Below are positions 38,901 to 51,215 of a DNA stretch of 64,000 nucleotides, piece by piece; position 1 is the first letter of the stretch, and each line of letters starts with the position of its first letter. Origin of the DNA: Sphagnum compactum. Taxonomy: Eukaryota. The notes beneath the pieces were generated by a model that ran no database searches, had not been told where the DNA came from, and was given only the letters and a program-made list of their open reading frames with translations. The translations under genes and the position numbers were made by a program. The DNA lies in assembly GCA_965153455.1 (NCBI GenBank), contig OZ234493.1, forward strand, positions 19,024,213-19,088,212, in the 5' to 3' direction.

Positions 38901-40525
38901 TGTGCCAATTTCTTCTATCATCCTACAACACAGACCTTCGCCAAGTGAATCTAAGTCCCCTATCTAACTCAGACTCAAGAGGTCAGCAGGGTTGAGGAGA
39001 GATCCCAACATCACTCCTGAAAATCACCAAGCCCCAAGCTCTAAACCCCATAATGAAATTAGCACTCCACTAGTAGAAAATGTTAAGAAATAAGTAAAAC
39101 GGTACTGCAGAATCTATCCCCTTATACCTGGCAACTCTGATGAATATTCCATAACTGAAGGTCAGGGTGAATATATGACTACATCTAGCTGTTTAGGGTC
39201 AAGTGGTGGTTCATGTTATACAAAAATCTGCATCTTGGTGGTCAGAAAACAAGCAAGCTTGATTTTCAAACTACATCTTTGCAGCTCCTTCAACAGGGTC
39301 TGCAAGAATGGAATAAGACAGCTGAGGCTTTTGCAGGTCACCTCCATAGACTATCCTAAATTTCACTAGTGCCACAATGAGTCCTCAAAGAACTGTAGAT
39401 TCCATACATTCCAAGACCATGTCACTCTGTCATTTTGTAACTCAATAACCCATTGACCACATCCCTTCCTCAACAAATCTGGCTCTAGAATTGCAATAAA
39501 CATGAGCAGGCAAGCTTTGTCCAGACACTGACTTAGACAAATTAGACAGGAACAGTGAGAGACCAGAGGTTGGAACATGTTGACACTGAGAGATATAATG
39601 AAGAAATATCAAGAATCCTCCATACTCATTGCAAAAGCTACATTGAAGAAACTAAGAACTCGGTGTGGAATTCAAATGAATCATTTAGCAAGGGTTGAAA
39701 ATCAATTCTTAGACAGCCCTAGAAGAGACTGTGGAGTAAACACAGGAAGCTCAATTCATAACAGCAAAACAATGGAGCTGCTAGACGCAATTTGCACAGA
39801 ACTCATTACAAGGGTGAACCAACAACAAAGACCTAATAGGTGTGCAATGACCAAAATACATATTGAAAGTGCTTGTGAACCCTAAAACATCACCAACAAT
39901 GCCCCGAGTGCAGAGGCAGAAAACTGGAGCTGATCAAGGGATTGAACTAATATCAATGTGGAAGAAGAGAAAGTAGAGCTCCTTGGGGCCTCGAAAAACA
40001 CCCCCAAAAAAAATAATAATAATATATATAAAAACTCGGAGTAATCCGAAACCCTAAAAAAAAAATCCAAGCCGATCGGTGTGCGGTAGCGAAACAATCT
40101 TGAAGCGAATACAAAAAACGCACGGGACTGCACATGAAGCAACAAACCGAAACTGCGCACATAACGGCAATGGAACGCAATTCGACGAACCAAATTCGAA
40201 GCTGCCGTCAGAAAGGACAATGCAAAGGTCATGCCAGAGCTCGTAACAACCAGAGACAAAAAGACGCAAAGAAGCAGAGAAAGAAAGAGATGCATATTAC
40301 ATACTCGGCAAGGTACTTCCGCACGGGGCTGCCAGGCTCGCTCTGCAGCTCCATAAGGTAGGGCACGAACTCAGGGAGAAGAGACGGTTCCCGATGCAGC
40401 ACAATTTCCATCACATTCTTGAGCAGATCTGCTTTAGACGGGGCGTCGGGCTGCATCTTAGCTTCATTGAGCAGCTTCACGGCTTGCTCCCTGACGCCAG
40501 CAGCCATCCGTCCCGCCGACGCCAT
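26949..40525 (-). CDS. ESP4: Symplekin / ESP4-like pre-mRNA 3'-end processing scaffold protein (multi-exon)
   Basis: The spliced frame was assembled by eye. ATG at 40525 (MASAGRMAAGVREQAVKLL...SPVRKYLAE). Approximate exons: 40305-40525, 38763-38922 (MIEEIGTRH..PAVARRAITSG), 38318-38410, 37738-37855 (NDGVRLLAVKFVETTVLLFTPD), 37460-37628, 37057-37231 (LAGIAKRRP), 36592-36723, 35830-36399, 34047-34479 (DPRRMDP), 33679-33851, 33404-33478, 33097-33210 (GHEVALHVLYQLY), 32721-32957 (GDRITQGLSALWSLILQRPPTR), 32401-32449, 31930-32235, 31530-31593, 31239-31349, 30872-30955, 30597-30644, 30403-30477, 29776-29871 (GSAHTGPALTPAEVLIALHGIDP), 29568-29648, 28676-28747 (PLPLLFMRTVIQA), 28357-28401, 27995-28078 (IWKLPKLWMGFLKC), 27366-27469 and 26949-27105 (TAG stop). 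The motifs match the symplekin N-terminal HEAT region and the Symplekin_C domain. Confidence 0.93.
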
Positions 40526-40799
40526 TATGGCTCTCCAAGGCCCTCCTCCTTCCCGTTCGACTTCCACCGCTTACTTCTTCTTCTTCAGCACCTTGCTACG
40601 GAATTTTGAGAGGTCATAAGAAAGAAGAGAAAAGCAGAAGAGAGGAGGAAGACGACCACCACCACCACCACCATCGCCACGGCCGCTGCAAAATCATCGT
40701 CACAGCCATCATCGTCTCCGCACTCTTCTCCCTTCGCAAGCAAACAGCAAAGAGCATCTTCTGTCTTCCTCCTCGCGTGTCCCAACGACTTTTTTTTTT

Positions 40800-41720
40800 C
40801 TCGTCCTCCGAAACCAGCCACTCTCGTCCAACATCGGTGGAAGTTCCTCTTTTCTCGTGCCTAAAAACCAACGATTCTCGTCCGACGTCACCCCGAAGTC
40901 TTGATTTTCTCGTCCGCCAGAACCGACCACTCTCGTCCAACTTCACCCCCGAAGTTTTGATTTTTCCGTCCACGGAACCAACCACTCTCGTCCAACTTCA
41001 CCAGAGGTTTCTCTTTTGTCATCCACCGAAACCAACTATTCTCGTCCAACTCCACCGGAAGTTTTGATCTTCTCGTCCACCAAAAGCAGCTTTTCTCATC
41101 CAATTTCACCAGAAGTTTTGATTTTCTCATCCACCAAAAGCAACTTTTCTCGTCCAGCTTCACCCCAAGTTTCTCTGTTCTTGTCCACCAAAACCAACCA
41201 TCTCATCCAACTTCAGCTGAGAGTTTGTCTACAATCTCGTCCAAATTCACCGGAGGTTTCTGTTTTCTCGTCCACAAAAACCTGCCACTCTCGTCCAACT
41301 TGACCCGAAGTTTTTTCTATTCTCGTCCATAAAACCCAACGATTCTCGTCCAACTTCACCCCAAGTTTTTCCTTTCTCGTTAACCAAACAAACAACTCTT
41401 GTCCAACTTCACAGGAAGTCTGTCTTTTCTCTTCCACTGAAACTAACAATTCTCGTCTAACTTCATTGGAAGGCTGTCTTTTCTCATCCACCAAATCCAA
41501 CCACTCTCGTTCAAACTGCAGACGGAAGATTCTATTTTCTCATCGACCGAGACCAACCGATCTCATCCAACTTCACCTGAAGTTTCTCCTTTCTCGTCCA
41601 CCAAAAAACCAACCACTCTCATCCGACTTCCCTGCAAGTTTCTCTTTGTTCTCGTGGATGAAAACCAACCACTTTCATCCAACTTCCTTGGAGATTTTGT
41701 ATTTTCTCATCCACACCAAC
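40800..41720. repeat. ~60-bp degenerate tandem array upstream of the symplekin gene
   Basis: About 15 units of ACCAACCACTCTCGTCCAACTTCACC..GAAGTTTT..TTTTCTCGTCCACCAAA, each with two CTCGTCCA cores. Confidence 0.85.
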
Positions 41721-41799
41721 TAACTATTTCTGTTCATTCAATTTATTTTTCTTTTTGTGGTATTTTCTTTTGGTTTTATCTAATCAATTCTTGTGGTTT

Positions 41800-42075
41800 C
41801 CAAGGTGTTTTTTTAATGCAAATTTTCACCATTTGGCAACAAAAAAAAGGGGCATTGCAAATTCTACAAAAGGGGGGTTTTTTTGTTTTTTTTTTTTAAG
41901 GCTAGTAAGTTGCCATATTTTGAGGCAAAAAAAAGCTGAATTCGCCATATTTAGACCATAGCTTCTAGGATATAGCCAAAATATAGTGTTCCAAAAAAAT
42001 TGTAATTTTTTCTTTTGATTGTAGCCAAACTTGGCTAACTTTTCTTTTGGAGGAACTACCTACCTCACAAATTTG
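41800..42075 (+). repeat. Dispersed repeat (MITE-like), with related copies at ~20725-20950 and ~61985-62210
   Basis: The copies share TTTCACCATTTGGCAA..AAAGGGG..ATTTAGAC.ATGGCTTCTAG..GCCAAAATATA..TAGCCAAA(C/T)TTGGCTAA..CTACCTCACAAA. The 20.7-kb copy is partial and more diverged. Confidence 0.7.
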
Positions 42076-43336
42076 GAAAGGAAATTTTTTTCAAAAAAAA
42101 TCATACACCCTAGTCTCTAATTTTTTTAAGTGTGTAAAACAAATGAAAATCTGAAATTTGAATTTCTATCCCTTTTTCTTTTTTGTTTGGCTAGCAATTT
42201 TGGGCAAGTTTGATAACTTACAAAAACACTAGGTAGATTAATATATCATAGTTAGGATTTAGATTACATTAATGTAGCAAGAATGATGATTTACACATCA
42301 ATTAATTAGTTATGTTAATTCCATGTCCTTGATTGGTTGATTCTATTTTTGAAAGGATTAGATTGACTACTTCATTGATCTTTTTCTTCAGAATGCATTT
42401 GGCCCCACATGTTTTTATTGGAACTTTGGTTATGGCTTACATTCTTGTTGAAATGCACCTAGCCTTCGTTATGGTTTACATTCTAATCAAAATGCACCTA
42501 ACCCCACTTGTTTTCGTCAAAACCCTAACTATGGCTTATGTTTTCAATTGAAACATGCCTTGCCTTGGATATGGCTTACATTCCTTTTGAAATGCACCTA
42601 GGCCTGACTATGGTTAACATTTTTGTTAGAATGCATTTTGCCCATAATATCATCCTTAATGTTTTATCAAAAACACATACCAAAATCCATTGTTCTCCAT
42701 TCCAATTTAATGGGATTGCTTAGCCATAAATTAATTCACAATCCCCATTGCATGTGCAATATCAGGTCGTATGCATACCATTACATACATGAGACTTCCG
42801 ATAACATTTTGAAATAAGATAACTCACTAATCTATATCATTCTGAGAATCCATATCCTTTGAGAGTTTACGATTAGTTGTAAAGAAAATTTGTATTAATT
42901 TACTTTTAGTGATTCCAAATTGCTTCAATATACTATTTAATGTATTTGTTTTGGTTCAAATAAATCATTCGATCTTGTTAAACATAATTTATGTGTATCC
43001 CCAAGCAATATTGGATCTCACCTAGATCCACCATTTCAAATGTTTTTGAAAGATTATCGTTTGTTTCTTTCAACAAAGTCAAGTCATTAGAAACCAAAAC
43101 CAAATCATCAACATACAAAATTATGATCACATATCAATTTCTTGAACTTTAATAAAATAAATGTTGTGTTCAAGAGACCTCTTTTCAAACTCCTAATATT
43201 AAAAATATGTATTAATCTTGTGATTCCATTCATGAAGAGATTGCTTCAAACCTCTTACAAGGATTTTTTTAAACTTACATACCACATTCTCCTTACCTTT
43301 GATCATAAAACCTTTTAATTGTTGCATATATATATA

Positions 43337-43997
43337 TCTTTATATCTTTGAAAGATTTATGTTAATCTTAGATTTGATTTTTGTAAATGTTAATATGAAA
43401 TTATTAACATTTATTAAACATAAATATGACTTGTATATGTATTAATCTATAGTTATTAGTTAATCAAATGTTAATGCATATTAAGTATATATTTGATTTT
43501 TTAAAGTGTTAAATCAAAATTTATAATTATTTTGGTTATCAAATGTTAACATTATTAAATACAAATTTGATTTTTTGAAGTGTTAAATCATAATATGTAA
43601 TTATCTTGGTAGTTAGATGTTACCATGGGTTAAATTTGACTTTGGTATGTGTTACAACAAAATTTGATAAATGTTAACTAATTAGTTATTAATAATATAG
43701 TATTAAGTTATAATATTATTAGTTAATATATTAATTTTTATTTAGTTCAATAACTATTTTAATTACCAGTTAGTGCTTCATATTTTGCATTAATATTATG
43801 AATTACTTTATTTATTAGTAAGAATAAATTAAATTATTTAAGGACATTAATTTGAATCTTTCTATGTTTTTGTTTATTTGTAATAATATTCATATAATTC
43901 TCTTGTTATCTTTTGAATTTGTATTTATACATTGTGTCTAATTTGAACATGCATGCATAAAAGTAATGAGATTCTCGTGTACATGTTTTTTTTTTAA
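43337..43997. mobile_element. AT-rich ~660-bp insertion nested in the copia RT
   Basis: The RT frame breaks after AFLN..EKIY (~44000) and resumes at IYMQQLKGF (~43335). The insert sits in a TA-dinucleotide run. Confidence 0.7.
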
Positions 43998-46586
43998 TAT
44001 ATATTTTTTCCATTAACAATTTACATTTAAAAATGCAATTTTAACATCCATTTATGCATTTTGACATCTTTAATGGCTGCAATTGTAAGCACAACTCAAA
44101 TTGATTACATTCGTGCAGCAAGGGAAAAAGTTTCATTTAAATCAATATTTTCAACTTGTGTAGATCCATTGGCCACCAAATGAACATTGTGTCTTGACAT
44201 AAAACCATCAACATTATACTTAATCTTGAAGATCCATTTGTAACTTATTCATTTTTGACTAGTTGGAAAATGAGTACATCCAAATCTTATTGTCTTGTAA
44301 ATATTTAAATTCAAAATCCATGGCCTTTTTCCAATGTTGTGAATCTTCATCATTTAAAATTTGCACAAAAAATATGGGGCTCATTAACATCAATAGAAAA
44401 AACACATGAAGAATTCATGTTTTCTTTAACCATTGTTGGATTGTTTTGCACATGTTGAGGAATTTTACCAACTTCCATCTTTCCTTTTGGATTTAAAACC
44501 ATTTATTCATATTTATGATCAAACCTTGAAACCATTGTTTCCTCATTAAAATTTTTGGATTCATCAAAAATAACATCATGATTGACAATAACATATCAAC
44601 TTATAGGATTATACAATTTGTACCCTTAATTTTTTTCACAATAGTCAATGAATATGCATTTAACACCTTTGGAATCGAACTTTGTTTTTGTTTTCTTTAG
44701 CACATGAGCAAATGCAACACAACCAAAAACACACGAAATTTGATTTATAGAAGATTTGTATTCACACCAAACCTTTGGTGTCATGCTGAAAATTGCATTA
44801 GTAGGGATTTGATTTTGCATATTTTGCAATTGCCATTGCTTCTACCCAAAATCTATGATGAATTTCATATGCTGTAATATACATTAGACACTTTCAACAA
44901 GTATGGAGTAATTTGCCCCTCCATGGGATGTTGCCATGGTACCGCATAGGTATATGTGTAAAAGCCCAAAAATTTCCTTTGCACAAGAACCTTCACTCAA
45001 AAAAAATGGGGTATGATGGTGTTTTACCATACACACATCAATGCAAAAACTCAAGTCGTGATCTCCATTGAGATCCATGCCTTCAACAAGATTATTTTTG
45101 TCCATGGTTGTTAAAGCATGCATAAAAAATTGTCCAAATGTTTGATGCCACATGTCACTACTTTTAATCTTGGTGCTACATTATGCAACCAAGGATTTAA
45201 CATCCAGCCAATTTATGTAATCTTCTTTCTTGAACAACTTTAGCAATCATTTGATTTAAATTAAAAGATTTCAACCAACATTTGATCATTTCAAATTTCA
45301 CTTTAAAGATTTGCTTTATTAATTGACTAATCAATAATAATTGTTTTGCCAACTTTAAAACATACAACACATCGCCAATACACTTGGAAATCCCATTTGG
45401 CGAGTTGAAAATGATAGTGCCTTTCCCACATATACCAAATGTACTATTGTTTCTAAAATATATATTTTGTGATTCAAGCAAAATCTTCAAAGGTTGAGAA
45501 TACTTCCTTTTAAAATATTAAATGTTGTGAAACTTTAGAATCAACAAACCATGCATCCCTGAAAATTGTAAAAATAAATAAAGTAGTCACAAAAAGTTCA
45601 ATTTTTTTACTATGGCATCTTATGAAGAACTTTTGAATTTGTTCTTCCAATTTTGCTTCTTTTTAGAACATTTTCTTGTAAAATGGCCTTTGGTGACATA
45701 ATTGTAGCAAGTCACTTTCTTTTTTTTGTTTTCATTTTTAAACTTCTTCTAATTTACAACCTTTTTGAACTTCCCAGAAACACCCTTAACAATTAATGTT
45801 TTATGTCTTATACCATGGTTAAACAACATTTTTCACTTACATTGTAATTTTTTTTGCAATAATCATCCACATATTAATTCCATAAACAATTAATAAGTTC
45901 AGGTACTAAATGAAACCACAAAGGTTCATGGACAAAATAAAACTTTTCAAAAAAGTGAATGTCAAATCTTTATTAAAACTTGATGATCAATGTTTGGCAA
46001 TTGATTTGTAATCATCGAAAGCTTTTCAATATGAACTTGTACCAAGGTGCCTTCCTTCAACTTAAGATTGTAAGTTCTTAACATAATTGCAATCTTTTAC
46101 CAACATGTATTTTCTTGAATGTTGCACAAAGATTGTCCCATGCATCTTTTACAATTTTTACATGTGTTACATGATGCAACAAATAATCAACAACATTTTA
46201 AAAAATTGTTCCATAAGTCAATTTGCTTCTTCATGAATAAGTGGTGTTCAAGAGTGATTCCTTCACAAACAATCTCTCCAAATTCAACTTCTAGTGGCAA
46301 TAACTTTCTTGAGGTGATCTCCTACAAAATCTTCTCATCAAAGAGAAATTTCATCTTCATATTCCATGTATGAAAATTATTGCAATTTAACTTTTCAATA
46401 CTTAAAGCACAAGAAATGTATGCCATAATTGTAAGTAAGACAATGCTAGATAACAAAACACCTAGAAATTTGAAATGACAAAATGCTAGAAAACAAAAAA
46501 TACACCCAATGTTTCAAAGCTTTCAAGACTGTAGAAAGTAGTCTCAATTTCTCCTACACCTCAAAAGGAATCATGTTCTGATACCA

Positions 46587-46844
46587 TGTGAAACTTGACA
46601 ACAAATCAATGAGAAAATAGAGATGATAAAAACATTGATTTTTAATGAGCTCTCCACCCAACCTTAGGATCACATAGATGTTATTACAAACCTTGCGTTC
46701 CACCCTTGAGATTTAGCCTACTATTGAATAGGAAGTGAACACCTACATGCAAATGCTACCTACCTAAAAGTGCATGCTTGAGGCCATCATCTCATGTCAC
46801 CTCCCCTAACTAGAGTGAATCAACATGCATTAAAATATTTCACA
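46587..46844 (-). repeat. Putative 5' LTR (258 bp) of the copia element
   Basis: TG...CA ends with a 7-bp terminal inverted repeat, directly abutting the PBS. No second copy was found in the window. Confidence 0.65.
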
Positions 46845-48132
46845 ATAAACTTAACTACAAATATTTAAATAAACTTACTTAAGATATCTCTTAGTCCCAA
46901 AAGTATGTGCATGTAACGTAAATATCTCAAGTAACTACAACTTGGTAAAAGTGAATTAAGTGACTTGATAGGAAGTTGATATCCAACATATGCAACCCCC
47001 ACTTTTAATTTGATGTAAAACTTGCTAGCTATGCAATCTCAAATTGTATTGAGTGTATACATGGACTAGAACCTGGTTTTTGAATTGGGTTTGGAGGCTC
47101 TTGAAATTGAAAATATGTGCCAAAATTGGAGCCCCGTGGCTTAGAAATTTGAAGACCCTAGGCCCAAACTTGCACCTAGAGAATCTACCAACATTTTTCA
47201 AAGTGTCAGATCTGAGACCAAAGCTTCTCTTAACAAGGAAGAACCAGCTCACACCAATACCTGCCTTGGCATTGATTCTATGAGGGATAGGAATTTTGTG
47301 TCATCTAGAGTTCTTCCAACGGGTTACAAGCACTGCATGTTAGACTCATTGGTTGTTTATTGAAATCATGTACTTCTGGAAGCAACAGGAAGGCTCAGCC
47401 CTTATGTTGGCTAGCTACATGAAGAAATCATAAACTGTTAATGCAAAACAATATGGATAAAGTAATGCAACATGTTTGTTTCTTGTACCCCTTTCTCATT
47501 GCTATTCAGCCTGCTGAAATTGAAGCCAATAACTTCAAAATCAAAGCACAACTGGAGTCAAAAGTGTATGAATTTCTCAATTTTGAGAAAGCAAAACAGA
47601 CTATATTTCCAAGTTCCAACCCACAAATTTCTCAGGGAAATGTTGCCATTTTCATTTTGTGAAATGATAAATCCTTGTGCATACAAAGGTTCTAACTGGA
47701 GAAATTATACCTGTGCATATTTCACCAAGGCCATGTGTGTTTTTCATATTCAATCCTGGCCCTTCTCTGCATACTTGGGGATGTGACAAACAACCATCAT
47801 ATGAAACATGTACACATCTTGTCTTGATCTCAGGCATCTGTCGTGAATCAACATGCCAATCCCAATGATCCTCCCATGTCCTGGGGAAAATTCCCAAAGT
47901 TCAACTCCCAAAAATTCATGTAGTAGGGTGTGGAATTGCTGACTTGATTCCCCGGGCTCTGCTCATATGAAGATGTTCATATGCTGGCATTTTCCCAATC
48001 CTCCTTATTTCTGGTAGTGATATGCAAAAGATCAAGGAGGAGACTGAGCCAGGAGGTTGAGGGAGTGAGGGAGGCAGGTGGGTGGTTGAGGGGCCTGCTT
48101 GAGTCATTCAATAGCACTTTGAGAACTGACGT

Positions 48133-49530
48133 TTACTCAGGAGAGACATGAAGTAAGATCCTCTCCAAATTAATGGGAAAATTTTCTCCAAGTAGATGGT
48201 GGTGGAGATCCATTGCTACATAAAAATCAAGTGGTGTGATTCCTCTGAAGCCCTTTTCTTCACCCTCTGCTGAAGTTCCATCTGCTGGGACTCTGGTGCC
48301 ATCAAGTGGCCAGATCCTGCTAACATGTTTTTGCTCAGGGAAAAAGCTAGCTTCCTGCTTTAGCTCCCTCTGCAGGTAACCCACACCACCATTCTCTTTA
48401 CAAGAGCCTGATTTTTCTCTGCTTCCAGATCGCTTTGATTGCACCAGCTCAATTGTCAGCTTCATCAATGCCTTGAGGTAGAGGTCAAGGGCCAGGTTAA
48501 CCACGTTTGCACAGTCAATGCTCACTCCTTGCAATCCGTTCTCAAAGACTGCACCCTGTTGTATTCGTTGCTGCATTGTCTCTGTGTCTGGCAACTCACT
48601 TGCATTGAGGCAATCACTATCCAATGCATCCCCAAGCATTGTAAACTTGATGGGTGATGGCAGCACGGTCACACTTGCTGCCTGGCCTGCACTTCCTAAA
48701 CTTGGTATGCAAAATGGTATGCCTAACGGTGGCTGTATGTAACTGCTCATCCAAATGATTCCCTGCTCTTCATCCTCATCTTCAACATCCTCCTCATCTT
48801 CCTCTTCCTCCATCTCCTCCTCTTGCTCCATCTCCACATGTGTGGGTTCAATCCCAGCAGATTTGCTGTTAGCGTACAAATGGTGATCACTGTATCTGGG
48901 TCGCTTTGAAGGTGGTGAACTCAAGCAATCATCGAGACTAGACTGCTCAAAAACTGTGTTTGATTGCTGCGACGGCCGCAAAGGATCTGGTGAGTCAAGA
49001 TTGGCATCCTCCAAACTCCTATGTGCATCATCCTCACTAGGGGTGCCTTCCGAGGTTGCTGCTTCCCTCCTGTGGTTTCCAAGAGGGCTTGACCTTTCTG
49101 CAGCCTTATGGACACGATTTCCAGACCGCCCTTTACGGGACAAGATGATGAAACCATCTTCTCCATTTGATCTGATTGGCTGCAATCCAGGGGACAATGG
49201 CAGTGAAGAAAGTTCAGATGGAGTCACAGGCTTGCGATGTATACCTTTCACAGGCTTGGAGATATCATTGATCGAAGAAGGCCGAACTGGTGCTTCTGCA
49301 CAATAGGCATTTGTGAAGATGGCGTGCACAAACTGGTTATGAAGGACAAGATTCTCCTTCCCAATTGTTGATGGCACAAGCCTGTCAAGCTCTCCCTTGG
49401 TCAGCTGGTAGCTCAGAAAGCTTGAAAGCAGACCACAATATCGTGACTCCTTTGCTGGTCCCAAGAGCTTATAAAACTTGGACTTGAATTCTTGTAAATT
49501 GATGCGCGCTGTGTGCTGCATCGGTGCCAT
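48133..49530 (-). CDS. ADA1: SAGA complex subunit Ada1/Tada1 (SAGA-Tad1 domain) family protein, 465 aa, single coding exon
   Basis: 465-aa ORF. The N-terminus RINLQEFKSKFYKLLGPAK..RY..LLSSFLSYQLTKGELD...LHNQFVHAIFTNA, the internal PPLGIPFC motif, the histone-fold-like ELPDTETMQQRIQQ..GLQGVSIDCANVVNLALDLYLKALMK and the C-terminal ITPLDFYVAMDL..LLGENFPINLERI are typical of plant Ada1 proteins. Confidence 0.88.
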   Translation of the reverse strand: MAPMQHTARINLQEFKSKFYKLLGPAKESRYCGLLSSFLSYQLTKGELDRLVPSTIGKENLVLHNQFVHAIFTNAYCAEAPVRPSSINDISKPVKGIHRKPVTPSELSSLPLSPGLQPIRSNGEDGFIILSRKGRSGNRVHKAAERSSPLGNHRREAATSEGTPSEDDAHRSLEDANLDSPDPLRPSQQSNTVFEQSSLDDCLSSPPSKRPRYSDHHLYANSKSAGIEPTHVEMEQEEEMEEEEDEEDVEDEDEEQGIIWMSSYIQPPLGIPFCIPSLGSAGQAASVTVLPSPIKFTMLGDALDSDCLNASELPDTETMQQRIQQGAVFENGLQGVSIDCANVVNLALDLYLKALMKLTIELVQSKRSGSREKSGSCKENGGVGYLQRELKQEASFFPEQKHVSRIWPLDGTRVPADGTSAEGEEKGFRGITPLDFYVAMDLHHHLLGENFPINLERILLHVSPE

Positions 49531-50729
49531 TTTGCATCCCTGCCCTTTTTTCCTGTCACTCTTTCTTCCTTGCTCCTCAACTTCACTATGTTCTATAAAA
49601 CCTCAAGTAACCCCTTCCTGAAACTCATTCTCTAATCTCAGCAGGCTGCCACAACCATCTGAGCTTTCTCTACAGTCTGTTCCATATCTCCACCCTTCTG
49701 TTCTTGAACTTTTGTGATATGTCTATAGGTACCTGAGGTAAATCACTTCCTGGAGGTGGTCACAAAACCTTGGTCCAATGCTTGTGATCCCCACACAACA
49801 AACCCTACTTTCAACTCCTCAGTAAAACTCACTAACCCATCTATGGTTTTTCTTCAAAAAAATGGAGAAAATGTTTTGCCCCACCACCTATTTGCTTGCA
49901 CGAAGATGATACTTCATCTCTTTCTCCCTCCCTCCTTCATTCCTTTATTTCCTTCCCAGCCCTCCTTGTGCTTCTGAACTATGAACTTTTCCGTGCTTCT
50001 GGACTATGACCTGTTATGTGCTTCTGAACTCTGAACTTTCTCTGTCCTTCTGAACTATGAACTTCGCCGTGCTTCCAAACTACGATCTCTTCTGTGTGTA
50101 AGAGATATTGCATGAGGGTGGACGACCCAGTAGAGAAAGATTAATGGGAAGGTCAAGAATACCAGCAGTAACTCATCTCCATTTCTTCACAAAGAGATTG
50201 ACCGGCCATAGAAAAAACCATGAAAAAAATTACGCAAAGCAACATTTGCAGAACTGTGTCCAAGAGATGGGTATCAGTAATCCGTAAAACTAAAAACGTT
50301 CAGAGTGGAAGCCCTGTGATAGATACTACTACTACTACTACTACTAGTAGAAGGCTTTCCTTTCCTTTCCTTTCCTTGTCTCTCACTTGCTTCCCCAAAA
50401 CACAAAATCATCACATAGAAAGTCTCAAAGAAAGATGCACAAGTCTCAAATTTTCTCAACAAAAGAACAAAATCGGTGGGTAACCCACCTCTTGATTCTT
50501 CTTGGACTAGACGCTTGAACATCACACTCGCTGCATCATCATCGAATCCATTACCTCCCCATTCTTCTCCTTTCTCCAAAGACACAAACACAATGCGCTC
50601 GCGCGAGCGAGCCCGATCGCTGCTCCTTCCTTCCCTTGTGTCTTCTTCGGGAAAGCTCGCTGGTGGAGCTCACCCAGGTCGCCGACCCACGGTCAAATAT
50701 CCTGACTACCGGTCGGTGGGTCGGGTAAG

Positions 50730-51215
50730 AAATAGATGAACACTTCTGTTCATTCTCCTTACACACGAAGTCGCATGGAGCAATTACCAAGTACGGAAGC
50801 AACAACTCATGGATGAAAAATCCAAGAGTATCCAAAATCTTAATGATTTCCTTCTGTTCATTCTCTGTACACTTCAAAGACACAAGGAACAAGTAACAAA
50901 TATGGAAGAAAACAGATGATGGATGAAAATTTCAAAAGTTTCTAACAATTTCCATCTGTTCATTCTCTGTACACAGGAAGAAGCATGAAACAATTACCAA
51001 GAACAGAAGCGAGAGTTCATGGATGAAAAAACCCTTCTGTTCATTCTGTGTACATCTCAAAAGTCATTCGGGCCAATTACCAACTATGGAAGTTACAGAT
51101 CATGGATGAAAAACACAAAGATTCCAACAGTTTCCTTCTGTTCATTCTCTCTGTTACAAACAAAGAACATATTGGAGCAATTGGATCATGGATGAAAGCT
51201 ACAGTTCATGGATGA
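50730..51215. repeat. ~110-bp degenerate tandem array upstream of the Ada1 gene
   Basis: 4-5 units containing CATGGATGAAAA...TTCCTTCTGTTCATTCTCTGTACAC...CAATTACCAA. Confidence 0.8.

Larger units (their letters stand above)
42780..46844 (-). mobile_element. Degenerate Ty1/copia LTR retrotransposon (5' LTR, PBS, gag, PR, IN, RT remnants; 3' truncated)
   Basis: LTR-like 46587-46844 is bounded by TGTGAAA...TTTCACA. The PBS TGGTATCAGA (tRNAi-Met type) lies at 46577-46586. Coding remnants: gag IEKLNCNNFHTWNMKMK, Zn knuckle TCYNY..KGHFTRKC, protease WFVDS.VSQHL and VLYVLKLAK.LL, WHQTFG, integrase HIYLCG and VFGCVAFAHV..KFDSKGVKCIFIDY, RT KWIFKIKY..LVANG..ETFS..MDVKIAFLN and LYVDDLVL. The IN-before-RT order indicates copia. 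Many stops. Confidence 0.92.

Noticed and set aside
27774..39885. Numerous plus-strand and intronic ORFs within the symplekin gene
   Set aside because: They are antisense shadows of exons or chance intronic frames with no recognisable protein features.
40606..41723. Multiple overlapping ORFs (up to 153 aa) upstream of symplekin
   Set aside because: They arise from the low-complexity 5' region and the ~60-bp tandem array. The translations are repetitive and have no recognisable domain.
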